NCBI GenBank assembly: GCA_964653655.1
Contig: CAZZHG010000005.1
Span: forward strand, 2,631-66,630
Direction: 5' to 3'
Length of the DNA stretch: 64,000 nucleotides
Source of the DNA: an uncultured Pseudobdellovibrionaceae bacterium
GTDB taxonomy: Bacteria; Bdellovibrionota; FAC87; UBA2466
A program made the translations under genes and the position numbers. The notes beneath the pieces were generated by a model that was not told the origin of the DNA, made no database searches, and was given only the letters and a program-made list of their open reading frames with translations. Of the stretch, positions 26,112 through 36,292 are shown piece by piece (the first letter of the stretch is position 1; each line of letters opens with the position of its first letter).

Positions 26112-27101
26112 ATGATCGCAATCGCGCTGAAAGTAATGCTGCTCACCGCAATGGCTCAGGCGCCCGCGGTTCCGCCCTCCGCCGACGACCCTTACCGTCC
26201 GTCCGGTGAGGACGCCCTGATGAAAACCGGCCGCGACAAGGGAGAGCCCATCGACTTGGACTGGCGCCGCACGAGTGTGCAGCTCGACGCCGCCCAGGCG
26301 AAACAACATTTCGCGGATTTCGACGCCTCGAAGGAGCTCGCCCTCGCCAACGTGAAGCACTTCGATGAGTGGTACGTGGCCCGCCTCCCTTTAGAGGGGC
26401 TCGAGGGCGTGAAGATGACCCGCTACCGCATTCTTAAGCAGCTTCCGGTAAGCCACGGCGGCCTGAGGTTCACCATGAGGAAGGGATTCAAGGTCCGCCT
26501 CGTTCCTCAAGTGAACGGATCGAAGAGCCCGCGGCTTGAGTTCGATTCGCTGGGTTTCGGCATTTACGCCGTCGGAAAGAAGGGCCGCAAGTTCGGCATG
26601 GAAAATAGCGCCAACAAAGACCTGGTGAGCACTTACATGTTCTATACGCCGGCGGAGCTGATGGAGCGCTTCAGGCAGGACACCAAGAACAACGACATGA
26701 AGGAGATTCCCCTCAATCAGATGGAGGCGGCCGACACCCAGGCCCTGCTTCAGCACCTGGCCAAGAGCGCGACCGAGACGAAATACGAAGAGGTCTATGG
26801 GATGTTCCTCAATAACTGCGTGCACCGGCTGCTCGCCCTTATAAAGGAGAGCCGCCGTCCCTCTGGCAAGCCCGCGCGCAATGCCCTTATAAGGAAGACC
26901 GTGAAGACCGCCATCAATCCGGTGAGCGGGGTGCTCGATAGCGCCCGCGATGCTTCGGGCGATTTGCTTCCGACGGGGCTTACGAACGGGTTCTCACCCA
27001 TAATCACGCACGAGCTTTACCGGATCGGGGTGACCTCCTACTTCGCCGCCTGGTCCGACGTGCTGAAGGATCCAGAGCTCAAGTCCCTCAAGCAGAAGTG
27101 A
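26112..27101 (+). CDS. Secreted hypothetical protein.
   Basis: Signal peptide MIAIALKVMLLTAMAQA. Total length 329 aa with no family I recognise. Confidence 0.55.
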   Translation: MIAIALKVMLLTAMAQAPAVPPSADDPYRPSGEDALMKTGRDKGEPIDLDWRRTSVQLDAAQAKQHFADFDASKELALANVKHFDEWYVARLPLEGLEGVKMTRYRILKQLPVSHGGLRFTMRKGFKVRLVPQVNGSKSPRLEFDSLGFGIYAVGKKGRKFGMENSANKDLVSTYMFYTPAELMERFRQDTKNNDMKEIPLNQMEAADTQALLQHLAKSATETKYEEVYGMFLNNCVHRLLALIKESRRPSGKPARNALIRKTVKTAINPVSGVLDSARDASGDLLPTGLTNGFSPIITHELYRIGVTSYFAAWSDVLKDPELKSLKQK

Positions 27102-27373
27102 TCCGCTCCCTGACAGCCCGCTTGGACGTAGACCACTTTGTATACAGTCTAACCGCGCGAATTTCCGCCCTTCCACCGGTGAACTAACTTTAGCCGCCGT
27201 CCTTTCAGCCACTTTTCACGATCTGTACGGGCCGCCCAAACGAACTACACCTTTCGGGATTGAAGCCCGATTCCGGGTACCTACCTTTACTTTCCTGGAA
27301 ACTCCGCGCGGGTGGTACGGGGCTTGCTCTAACAGCAGGTAGTAACACCTTGGTTTTCGTCTTGGAGTGCAAC

Positions 27374-29869
27374 ATGGACTTTCGTCGCTACATCCTTATC
27401 GCGTTTTCCATCGTCCTCATCTCCGCTTGCGGAAAGAAGCCCGGCCTCGAAGGCCAAGCGGCGGCGCCTTCCGACGGCTGCGCGATGGTCGAAGGACCTA
27501 ACTTCAGCAACTTCAAAGCTTGTTACAAAGACATGGACGGCCTCGCCGTGTTCCAAGGCGATATCGTCCTCGGCAGCGTCGAGCAGCTCCAGATGCGCAC
27601 CGCGGTCGATTCCGACGCCGCGACTTCCTTGAGCTCTCATGAAAAGGATCGCTTCTGGCCGAGCAGCCTCATCCCGTACACGGTGGAAGGCGGCTTGAGC
27701 CTCTCCGCGATTATCACCGCGCAGACGGACCTCACGGTCCGCGCCGGAATCATTTTCGTTCCCCGCTCGATTCAGACGGATTACATCGCTTACGTTCCCA
27801 CCAGCGATCCGGCGATCTGCGGGCTTTCCCACATCGGCCGCCAGGGAGGCCGTCAGGAAGTGAAAATCGGCATCAACTGCCAGAACGATCGCACGATTCA
27901 GCACGAAACGATGCACGCTCTCGGCTTCTGGCACGAGCAATCGCGCCCGGACCGCGACGATCACATCCGCATCCGCTGGGAAAACGTGAAGGATCGCTTC
28001 CTCTCCGATTTCGACAAGATGCCCGTTCTCGCCGAAGGCCTCGGCGCGTACGACTTCGCATCGGTCATGCATTACCGCCGTAACGCCTTCTCCATGAACG
28101 GAGACGACACGATTCAGGCGGACACCGAAGCCCACAACGCCCAAATCGGCACCGGCACCAAAGCCTCCGACGGCGACATCCTGGGCCTCAAGGCGATTTA
28201 CGGTTCCGAAACCGAAGTGACTTTCAACGCCGCCGAAACGGAAGCCACCATCAAGTTCAAGACCCCGGTGTATATCTCGAGCCGCGTCCGCTACGGCCGC
28301 ACGCGCGCGAACCTCGACCAATCGGTCCTGGAAAGCCCTTTGAAGCTCAGCCACGAAGTGAAGCTCACCGGCCTCACGCCGAAGACGCGTTACTTCTTCA
28401 AAGTGGTCACGGGCTACGATCTTTCTGCGCAGCCGGCCTACGGCATCACCCGCTCGTTCATCACGGACAGAACGGCGCCGCAGATCCTCGATCCGCGCTT
28501 TACGGCGGACGGCAGCGAAATCGAATTCCGTCTCTCGACCGACGAAGACACGATTGCGTCGGTCACCTACTACCAGCTGCCCGACAAGTCGGATAAGCGG
28601 GTCGCGCGCGACTCGGCTTTCGGCAACGTGCACTACATGAAGTTCAGCGTCGGCGCCGGTAACTGGAAGTTCGTCCCCACCGTCATCGACGAAGCGGGTA
28701 ACGAAACCATCGGCGCGGTCCATCACTTCAGCAACGACGGTACGGCTCCGATCATCAGCAACATCAACGTGACGAACCGTACGGCGACCACCGCCACGAT
28801 CAACTGGACGACCAACGAAGCCGCCTCCACGATTGTGGACTACGGCACGTCGTCGGGTAACTTGAGCACCCGCCGCACGGGCGCGGCCGCGGCTCTGAGC
28901 CACTCGGTTGCTCTGACGGGTCTCTCGTCGAACCAGACTTATTATTACCGGGTCACCAGCGTGGATCTGGGCGGACGCTCCACGAGCTCGGCCATTCTCA
29001 CGCTCTCGACGGACTTCTCGGCTCCGGTCATCAGCGGCGTCGGCTCGAGCAACGTCTCGGGTACGGGCGCTCGGATCTCTTGGACCACGAATGAGGTTTC
29101 CGACTCGAAAGTCATCTGGGGAACCAACTGCGCGAGCTTCCCGAACACCCAGTGGCTCGCGGGCGACGTGACGTCGCACGTGGTGGACATCTCGGGTCTC
29201 AACCCGACGACGTTCTACTGCTACAAAGTGGTTTCGAAGGATCCGCAAGGCAACGAGAGCACCTCGGCTGCCGCGACGTTCACGACGACGGCCGCTCCGC
29301 CGCCCGTTCTGACCGCCGCCCTGGTCTCGGTCGCCTCTTCGGGCGTCACGATCACCTGGAACACGGATATCTCGTCGAGCTCGGTCGTGATTTACGGAAC
29401 GTCCTCGGGCAGCTATCCGAGCACGGCTTCGAGCGCGGGCAACACCACCGCTCACTCGGTGACGATTGCGGCGGGCAGCCTGGTTCAGGGCCAGACGTAC
29501 TACTTCAAGGTCCGGTCCGCGAGCCCCTCGGGCGCGACGGCCACCGGCCCCGAGCAGAGCTTCATCTTCCAGGACACGGTCACCGTGTCGGTTGCGCTTA
29601 ACGGGTACGGCCAGTACTGGTACTTGCCGCGCTACGTGACGGCGACGTCGAACAAAGCCAACTCGGGCTCGACGACGATGACGTTGAAGTTCATCTGGCG
29701 CTCGGGCAACCAGGAGTTCGACTCCATCCCGATGACCTACAATGCGGCGGCCAACAACTACACGGCGGAAATCCCGTTCGGATACTCGTACAACTACATC
29801 TATCCGGGCTCGGCGTACCTCCGCGTGGTTTCTTCGCTCGGCGGTAAAGCCGAATGGAAGAACTACTAA
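27374..29869 (+). CDS. Lipoprotein astacin-family zinc metallopeptidase (M12A) with multiple C-terminal fibronectin-III-like repeats.
   Basis: Lipobox LISAC. The zinc motif HETMHALGFWHEQSRPDRDDHI follows the HExxHxxGFxHExxRxDRD pattern, and the Met-turn SVMHY is present. Downstream are at least 4-5 repeats ending in (T)YY(F/Y)(R/K)V-type strands (TRYFFKVV, TYYYRVTS, TFYCYKVVS, TYYFKVRS). Confidence 0.8.
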   Translation: MDFRRYILIAFSIVLISACGKKPGLEGQAAAPSDGCAMVEGPNFSNFKACYKDMDGLAVFQGDIVLGSVEQLQMRTAVDSDAATSLSSHEKDRFWPSSLIPYTVEGGLSLSAIITAQTDLTVRAGIIFVPRSIQTDYIAYVPTSDPAICGLSHIGRQGGRQEVKIGINCQNDRTIQHETMHALGFWHEQSRPDRDDHIRIRWENVKDRFLSDFDKMPVLAEGLGAYDFASVMHYRRNAFSMNGDDTIQADTEAHNAQIGTGTKASDGDILGLKAIYGSETEVTFNAAETEATIKFKTPVYISSRVRYGRTRANLDQSVLESPLKLSHEVKLTGLTPKTRYFFKVVTGYDLSAQPAYGITRSFITDRTAPQILDPRFTADGSEIEFRLSTDEDTIASVTYYQLPDKSDKRVARDSAFGNVHYMKFSVGAGNWKFVPTVIDEAGNETIGAVHHFSNDGTAPIISNINVTNRTATTATINWTTNEAASTIVDYGTSSGNLSTRRTGAAAALSHSVALTGLSSNQTYYYRVTSVDLGGRSTSSAILTLSTDFSAPVISGVGSSNVSGTGARISWTTNEVSDSKVIWGTNCASFPNTQWLAGDVTSHVVDISGLNPTTFYCYKVVSKDPQGNESTSAAATFTTTAAPPPVLTAALVSVASSGVTITWNTDISSSSVVIYGTSSGSYPSTASSAGNTTAHSVTIAAGSLVQGQTYYFKVRSASPSGATATGPEQSFIFQDTVTVSVALNGYGQYWYLPRYVTATSNKANSGSTTMTLKFIWRSGNQEFDSIPMTYNAAANNYTAEIPFGYSYNYIYPGSAYLRVVSSLGGKAEWKNY

Positions 29870-30540
29870 GTAAGTAAGCCATCCAATATGGTGAGGGTGC
29901 GGTCCAGACGGGCCGCGACCGAAGGATCGTGAGTCACGACGAAGAGGGCTGTCTTGCGGCTGGCGCAAAGCCCTTGGAGTAGGCTCAAGACTTCCTTGCC
30001 CTGGGCGGAATCGAGACTTCCGGTGGGCTCGTCGGCAAGCACCACCCAAGGATCGGCGACGAGAGCGCGGGCGACGGCGACTCTTTGCAGCTCTCCGCCG
30101 GAGAGCTCGGGCGGATAGCATTCCGCCTTATCCTCGAGGTCCACGGACTTCAGACAATCGAGGGCTTTCTTTCGCCGGGTGGCTGCGTCCGCTCCGTCGA
30201 GCAGCAGCGGCAGCTCGACGTTTTCCAACGCCGTGAGAGTCGGCACGAGATTGAAGAACTGAAAGACGAATCCAAGATGGCGGCGGCGGAAACGGGAAAG
30301 CGTTTCGTCCGAAAGCCGCGTGAGATCCTGCTCGGCGATGCAAACGCTTCCCGAGGAAGGCGCTTCGAGCCCGCCCAAAAGATGAAGAAGCGTGCTTTTC
30401 CCCGAGCCCGAGGGCCCCATCAGCGCGACACTTTCGCCCGGCTCGACGGCAAGGCTAACACCACGCAGCACCGCTCTGGCGTTGGGAGAGAAGGATTTCG
30501 TCAGGGAGTCGGCTCGAATCACGGCCGAATTCTTCCACAC
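29866..30540 (-). CDS. ABC transporter ATP-binding protein (LolD/MacB-type).
   Basis: Walker A GPSGSGKST, the signature LSGGELQRVAVARAL, Walker B VVLADEPTGSLD, and the H-loop VVTHD are all present. Confidence 0.85.
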   Translation of the reverse strand: MWKNSAVIRADSLTKSFSPNARAVLRGVSLAVEPGESVALMGPSGSGKSTLLHLLGGLEAPSSGSVCIAEQDLTRLSDETLSRFRRRHLGFVFQFFNLVPTLTALENVELPLLLDGADAATRRKKALDCLKSVDLEDKAECYPPELSGGELQRVAVARALVADPWVVLADEPTGSLDSAQGKEVLSLLQGLCASRKTALFVVTHDPSVAARLDRTLTILDGLLT

Positions 30541-30569
30541 CCGGGCCCCGTAGACTAGACTCTTCGGCC

Positions 30570-33104
30570 ATGGGAAGGCGGGGAAGTTTGGGAGCGGGAT
30601 TGGGGCGCACTTCGCTCCGCGTGCCCTCGCGCGCGCTTCTCACCATCAGCTGCCTTGCGCTCGGCATCGCTCTTTTCACCTGCGTCGAAAGAATCCGCAC
30701 CGCCACTTTCGATGCGTTCAAAAGAGCGCAAGATACCGTCGTCGGAAAAGCGGACCTCGTCGTTACGGCGGGGGAGACGGGCATACCCGAGACAGCCATG
30801 CGAGTCATCGGACCGACGCCCGGGGTTTTGTTCTCCCTTCCCCGAGTCGCCTTGCGCGCTTTCAATGCGGACTCCCAAGACAAGTCCGAAACCCTTTCCC
30901 TCTTTGGAGTCGATCTCTTCCGCGAGCGCTTCGTGCGTACGACGACGGCGCGGCCATGGACGACCGCGGGGAATCTCTCGGACCTGAAGTCCCCCGACGC
31001 CATCGCCGTCGCCCCTTTACTCGCCGAAAAGCGCGGACTCGCCGTCGGCTCCTCCTTGCGGCTCGCGACCGCGTACGGCATCCGTACTTTCAAGGTGCGG
31101 GCGATTCTCGACTCCACCGGGCCGCTATCGGTTTTCGGCGGTTCCGCCGTCGTGATGTCGCTACCCGCCTCCCAAGCTCACTTCGGACGCGAGGGACGGC
31201 TCGATCGCATCGAAGTCCTTCTGAAGAAGGAAGCCAACGTCGAGCAAATGAGAAGCATTCTTGCCGCGAAGCTCGGACCCGGCACCCAAGTGGAAGTTTC
31301 AGAACGTAGAGCGGAAGGTTTCGCCCGGCTCGGAGATTCCTTGCAGACGGCGCTACGGCTCTTTGGCCTCGTGGCCCTCAGCGTCGCTCTGCTCGTCGCG
31401 GGAGGCTCGCTCGATTTCCACGTGGCCCTCCGCCGCCGGGAAATCGCGTTGAGACGGGCACTCGGCGCTTCCCGCCGCCAGGTCGTCGTCTCAATCGTGA
31501 GCGAGGCCGTCGGCATGGGGCTCGTCGGCACAGTACTCGGAATAGGACTTGGCCGGCTTCTCGCCACCAATCTCGCCGGGCTCGTCGAAAAAATGTGGCT
31601 CGGGCAATTTCGGGTCGCTCTCGAAATTCATCCGAAGGATGTCGGCTCCGCGGAAGTTCCCCTCGCTCTGCTCGTCGGCCTGGGGGCTACGTTCGTTTCG
31701 GCTCTGCCGGCCGCGTGGCGAGCGGCTTCGGTCGCTCCCGCGGAGGGTTGGCGCCCGGCTCGGCCAAGCTCCAGTCGGGAGCCGTCGGTTCTGCCGTGGT
31801 TTCTCGTCGGATACGCGGCGCTTTCGTTAAGTTTCGGTTGGTTCGCCGTTCACCCGGTGCTCGCGGTACTGGAAGCGTTGTCGGCCATTGGCGCCGTCGC
31901 CCTTTTCGCGCCGAGATTCGTGCGGGCGGTTTGCGGGCAGCTCGCGAAAATTCCGATCGGTGCCAGGTTCGGGCTTCTGACTCTCGCGCTTCGAAATCTA
32001 TCGCGCGCTTCGGGACGAACGGCGGGCGCTTCCAGAATCCTTGCTCTGTCTCTAGGGTTTGGAGTCGTGCTCGCGGTGTTGAATGCAAGTCTGGAAGCCT
32101 CCATCGAGCGAGCTCTCTCCTACACGCTTCAAGGAGATCTCGTCGTATCCGGGCGGGGAAAAATTCTCGGCAACTGGAGCCAGCCTCTCCACCAAAGCGT
32201 CGGAGCGAAACTTCGGGAGGTTCCCGGCATTCGAAATGCTTCCGCCACCCGCTACGTGCCGTGGAGCTACACCGGCGCCTCCGTCGGGATCAAAGCCTTC
32301 GACAAGCCGGCCGTGGGAGAAACGCTTTTCGCCGTTCGCGAGCCGTCCTATGAAGAAGCCGCAAGCAGCCTGTTTGAACGAACGAGCGTCCTTATATCGG
32401 AGTCATTCCGCCGGAAATTCCGCCTAGGACAAGGAGACTCGCTGACCCTCGAAACTCCTTCGGGCCCGGCGACCTTTCCCATCGCCGGTATCGTCGACGA
32501 TTACGCCCATTCGGGCGGTGTGATCTATTTGAACCGCGATCATTACCGCGCCCTTTGGAAAGACGAGCTGGTATCGCACTTTCGAGTAGAGCTTGCGCCG
32601 GGGGTCTCCGCGGAAAACATTCGCTCCGGTCTTGGCGGTGAACTGGGTTTGGAAGCAATGATGCCCGGAGAGCTGCGGGAGCAGGTCAGAGATTCCGTCC
32701 GGCAGAGTTTCGCCTTCGCCAAAGCGCTCGAAGCAGTGGCGATACTGATCGCGCTGCTGGGCGCCGCTTCCGCCGTGACTCTGGCGCTTCTCGACCGAAG
32801 CAGTGAGCTTTCGGCGATGCGTGCCGTCGGCATGTCGAAGGGTCAGCTCCATCGGCTGCTCACTCTCGAGCTTGGGATTTTGGGGGCTCTAACCGCGGTT
32901 TGCGCGGCCGGCATCGGACTTCTCGTCGGGGCGGGATGGGCTCTGGTGACTTTGGGCGAGGTGCTGGGCTGGACCGTGCGGCTATCGGTTCCGGCGGATC
33001 GAATCGGATTTGCCGTCGCCCTCGGCGCCGCGGCCATGATCGCCGCCGGCTGGATCCCTCTGAAAAAGCACGGGCGCCGGCTTTCACCGGCGCCCGTCTC
33101 TTGA
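30570..33104 (+). CDS. ABC transporter permease with two FtsX-like domains (MacB/LolCE-type, unfused).
   Basis: 844 aa. Two FtsX C-terminal cores, LRRALGASRRQVVVSIVSEAVGMGLVG and MRAVGMSKGQLHRLLTLELGILGALTA, each preceded by a large periplasmic domain. It is divergent from the ATPase gene across only about 29 bp. Confidence 0.75.
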   Translation: MGRRGSLGAGLGRTSLRVPSRALLTISCLALGIALFTCVERIRTATFDAFKRAQDTVVGKADLVVTAGETGIPETAMRVIGPTPGVLFSLPRVALRAFNADSQDKSETLSLFGVDLFRERFVRTTTARPWTTAGNLSDLKSPDAIAVAPLLAEKRGLAVGSSLRLATAYGIRTFKVRAILDSTGPLSVFGGSAVVMSLPASQAHFGREGRLDRIEVLLKKEANVEQMRSILAAKLGPGTQVEVSERRAEGFARLGDSLQTALRLFGLVALSVALLVAGGSLDFHVALRRREIALRRALGASRRQVVVSIVSEAVGMGLVGTVLGIGLGRLLATNLAGLVEKMWLGQFRVALEIHPKDVGSAEVPLALLVGLGATFVSALPAAWRAASVAPAEGWRPARPSSSREPSVLPWFLVGYAALSLSFGWFAVHPVLAVLEALSAIGAVALFAPRFVRAVCGQLAKIPIGARFGLLTLALRNLSRASGRTAGASRILALSLGFGVVLAVLNASLEASIERALSYTLQGDLVVSGRGKILGNWSQPLHQSVGAKLREVPGIRNASATRYVPWSYTGASVGIKAFDKPAVGETLFAVREPSYEEAASSLFERTSVLISESFRRKFRLGQGDSLTLETPSGPATFPIAGIVDDYAHSGGVIYLNRDHYRALWKDELVSHFRVELAPGVSAENIRSGLGGELGLEAMMPGELREQVRDSVRQSFAFAKALEAVAILIALLGAASAVTLALLDRSSELSAMRAVGMSKGQLHRLLTLELGILGALTAVCAAGIGLLVGAGWALVTLGEVLGWTVRLSVPADRIGFAVALGAAAMIAAGWIPLKKHGRRLSPAPVS

Positions 33105-33114
33105 AACTCGTCGA

Positions 33115-33630
33115 TTACTGCTTCGTGAACGCGAGTGTCGCGGCGGCCGTCGAATCGTCATCGAACGTGATGGCGACCGTCGCGTCGATCTTCGTGGCGC
33201 TCCATGTGCCGGTAACCGTATAGGACTTCACTTGACCGGTGACGTTGGTGCCCGAGCCGGAGATCGCGCCGTCTCCATTCAAGGTTCCCGTCACGTCTCC
33301 GTAAACCGACGAAGTCTTTGCCGTCAGCGTCGCCGCCGTAGCCGCGACCGTCGCTTCAAACGCCTCGGAGGCGGGGTTGCTGCCACCGAACACGTTGCCA
33401 TCCAAGTCAAAAGCGAAGTTCAGATCACCCGCCGCGCGGGTGGCTTTCGTCACGGTGACCGCAGCGGCACCAGTGCTGCTGAAAGTGGTGTTAGTCCACG
33501 TTCCGGTCCAGGTTCCAACGTAGGTGTCGGGAGTGAGCGCGGTATCGCCACAACCTTGAATGAGAACCATCACGGCAACAGCGGCGATGGACAAGAATGC
33601 TAGGGCGGCTTTCCTGCTGAACTGGTTCAT
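33115..33630 (-). CDS. Thr/Gly/Ala-rich lipoprotein, hypothetical.
   Basis: Signal plus lipobox LIQGC. The product is a low-complexity T/G/A-rich beta-type sequence. Confidence 0.55.
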   Translation of the reverse strand: MNQFSRKAALAFLSIAAVAVMVLIQGCGDTALTPDTYVGTWTGTWTNTTFSSTGAAAVTVTKATRAAGDLNFAFDLDGNVFGGSNPASEAFEATVAATAATLTAKTSSVYGDVTGTLNGDGAISGSGTNVTGQVKSYTVTGTWSATKIDATVAITFDDDSTAAATLAFTKQ

Positions 33631-33704
33631 GGATGTCTCCTGAGTTGGGGAAAAAATTAAGAGGCCTTAATTCTCAGGGAATGGCTCGGTGCGCGTCAAT
33701 GGCG

Positions 33705-34823
33705 TTAGCCCTGGGGCGGCGCGACGGGAGGAAAATACTTTTCGCGCAGTTTCAGGAAGGGAATCTCGACGACAAAACGCATTACTACGGCGGCGGCGAG
33801 ACTCACCGCCCAAACGACCCAGAGGCTCGTGCTCCGAAGATCGTGGCGGGCCCAAAGGAGCACGGGGATCTGGATCAGGTAGAAGCTGTAAGTGATGTCG
33901 GAGAAGAATTTCATAACCGGCCGTTTGCCGCCGATGCCGAAGGGTTTGCCGAGACAGCCGAGAATCACCACGCCGAACGAAAGCGCGATGGCCATCGGGT
34001 AGAAGATCCGCCATCCGAGCTCGTCCCAGTCTTCCCGAACGTAGTAACAACCAACGACTAGAGCGGTGCCGACGGCAACGAGCCACGCAGCGCGTTTGCC
34101 CTCGGCCCATTTTCGAAACGGAAGCGCCGCGATCGTGACGCCGACGAAGAGGCCCCCGAGATAGTGATGGGTCACGAACCGCTCCGGGCCGGCGGCCGAA
34201 AACGCGGCCGGAAGCCGGGCGAGGATCGCAACCACCATGCCGACGATTCCCGTGCCGAGCACGAGTTGGTTTACCGAGACTTTCGGAAGCAGCTTCTTTA
34301 TTCCGACAAACAACAACGGCAGAAGCAAATAGAACTGCTCTTCCACGCAAAGAGACCACGACCAATCGAAATGCCCGGGTTTGGGATCCGTGTAGTTCTG
34401 TAAAAAGAAAACGTACTGAAGGAAATTTCCCCACGGCACGTCGTGATCCCGCAGAGCTCCGGCCCGAAGGAGAATCAGCGTGAAAAAATACGCAGGCAAG
34501 GTGCGAAGCCAGCGTCTTGCCCAGAAACGACGGACGGCGAGAGCGCCCGTGCGGTTCCATTCGTCGAGAATGAGGCGCGCGATGAGAAATCCGCTCAGCA
34601 CGAAGAACATGTCGATCCCGTTCATTCCCCAGCGAAGCGGATCGCGCAGCCAATCGGCGCGATCGAAATACCGGAACGTGACCGTGTGACTCGAGAAAGC
34701 CCAGAACGCCGCGCCCGCGCGCAGGAAATCCAGCAGCGGATAGTGCTCGCGGTGCACGACGGCGGCGCTCGTAACGAGCCGCAGTTCAGGTCTGGTCTTG
34801 GTTGTGGCCCTAGCCTTACCCAT
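33705..34823 (-). CDS. Acyltransferase family 3 (OafA/YrhL-like) integral membrane protein.
   Basis: About ten hydrophobic helices. The N-terminal region matches the AT3 start (YPLLDFLRAGAAFWAFSSH, ...FFVLSGFLI). The internal Met start is preferred. The ORF's upstream 50 aa is low-complexity. Confidence 0.65.
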   Translation of the reverse strand: MGKARATTKTRPELRLVTSAAVVHREHYPLLDFLRAGAAFWAFSSHTVTFRYFDRADWLRDPLRWGMNGIDMFFVLSGFLIARLILDEWNRTGALAVRRFWARRWLRTLPAYFFTLILLRAGALRDHDVPWGNFLQYVFFLQNYTDPKPGHFDWSWSLCVEEQFYLLLPLLFVGIKKLLPKVSVNQLVLGTGIVGMVVAILARLPAAFSAAGPERFVTHHYLGGLFVGVTIAALPFRKWAEGKRAAWLVAVGTALVVGCYYVREDWDELGWRIFYPMAIALSFGVVILGCLGKPFGIGGKRPVMKFFSDITYSFYLIQIPVLLWARHDLRSTSLWVVWAVSLAAAVVMRFVVEIPFLKLREKYFPPVAPPQG

Positions 34824-35085
34824 GGGTTCTCTCTTCCTTATCGGCATGTCCGGGGCGGCGCCCAAAGCTAGATCGGTCTGAGGAAAACGCCGCCCAAAGG
34901 CTGGGCGTTCCGAAGGCGAATGGGTTCGGGCAGTTGAAGGGGGGCCTAGGGGGTGTGTACAGGCAGAATACACTTCGGCGCGCTTAAGCCTGTCGGATAT
35001 TTACATATATTCAGTCATTTAGGACGTTTCCAAGGGGCACGGTGGTTGCAATTTGGAGGGGTACGCCTTTCGTTTGGAGTGAGCC

Positions 35086-36291
35086 TTGAAGAACCACAAC
35101 TTCGCGCTTCTTAGTATCCTGCTGTGTGTATTTCTGTCCGGCTGTTTCACGATGCCCGGCAAGGGAACGCACACCAACAACTCTACGGTCGCCGACCCGC
35201 AACCCTCGAGCGGCCCCTACGTTTCGGGTCCGAGCGCCGGTGGCGACGGAGACGCGATTCACGGTGGCGACCCGGACGAGCTGGTTATCGATGAGATGCT
35301 CACGAAGCTCGACACTCTTTTCGGCAAAATCGAGCGCGGGGAATTGAACGGAAGAATCGGCCTCGCGCCGGATGCCTGCCCGACCCAGCCGCTCGGAATT
35401 TTTTGCGAGACGCTCAATCTTTCGGCCGCTCAGAAGTCCTACGTGGAAGATTTCACGAAAGGCGCGGCCGCTTCGGTCCGCGATCTTCTGCGCACTCGCT
35501 CACAGGCGCGTTTCCGTTTCACCGCCCGTTTCGGCTCCGTCCGCGCGAGCGACGGCCAAATCCGCGAAGTGCTCGCGTGGATCGAAAACGATGCCGCCGG
35601 TAAGCCGATCGTGATGCTGAACGAATCGGTTCGGACGCTCGAGACCGCGCGCAAGTTCGCTCTCGTTTCCCACGAAGTTTTGCATCTCGCCAACCGCATC
35701 GAAGACGGCTCGAGCGCTCCGCTCTTTCCGTCGGCGATGGGCGAAGGCCGCCGGCTCGCCGATACGGTGGGCGCCGCGCTCGCGACTCTCGTTTATCTGC
35801 GCGATACCGCAAAGGCTCCGACTCTCGTCGGGCTTTACCTCATCGGAGGCCGGGTCGCCGAACTGAAACGAAACGGATCCACTTACCAGCTCGTCAACGA
35901 GTATGGTTCAGCTTCCGGCGCCAACATCACCGAAGTGAACGGAACGTTCCGCATCGTTTCGACGAACCCAGAGTGGAACGGCGTCACCGGGGAAATGGAT
36001 TACCGGGGCACTATCCGCTGGAGCAACAACACGGTATGGGCTCCGCATCCGTTCTCCGTGGAAATTCTAGGTCTCGTCGGCAGCTACGCCTTCGAGGGCG
36101 GTTGCCGGGTCGAGCGAACTGGAGACTCCATCCGCTTCATCAACGAACGCGGAGCGGTTTCCGCCGGATCGATGCTGAGCGGAACGCGCGTCATCGCTGA
36201 AGATTGGAACGGCCTGAGCGGTACCATCAATACGGCCGGCGACATCAGCTGGAACAACGGCACCTTCTGGCGCCGCACTTCCCCCCGATAG
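35086..36291 (+). CDS. Lipoprotein, hypothetical (401 aa).
   Basis: Signal peptide plus lipobox FLSGC. No recognisable catalytic motif. Confidence 0.55.
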   Translation: MKNHNFALLSILLCVFLSGCFTMPGKGTHTNNSTVADPQPSSGPYVSGPSAGGDGDAIHGGDPDELVIDEMLTKLDTLFGKIERGELNGRIGLAPDACPTQPLGIFCETLNLSAAQKSYVEDFTKGAAASVRDLLRTRSQARFRFTARFGSVRASDGQIREVLAWIENDAAGKPIVMLNESVRTLETARKFALVSHEVLHLANRIEDGSSAPLFPSAMGEGRRLADTVGAALATLVYLRDTAKAPTLVGLYLIGGRVAELKRNGSTYQLVNEYGSASGANITEVNGTFRIVSTNPEWNGVTGEMDYRGTIRWSNNTVWAPHPFSVEILGLVGSYAFEGGCRVERTGDSIRFINERGAVSAGSMLSGTRVIAEDWNGLSGTINTAGDISWNNGTFWRRTSPR

Positions 36292-36292
36292 G

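Noticed and set aside
24684-26360. Full-length 558-aa minus ORF for the S1 protease.
   Set aside because: The upstream 147 codons are low-complexity with no RBS. An AGGAGA RBS and signal peptide start at 25919.
27329-30121. 930-aa minus-strand ORF.
   Set aside because: Arg/Gly/Ala-rich low-complexity product (RRRAAKSRRRPRSRRRS...). It is entirely antisense to the well-supported astacin gene and the ABC ATPase region, a typical high-GC antisense artefact. Only the 29866..30540 ATPase gene within this span is real, and it is in a different frame.
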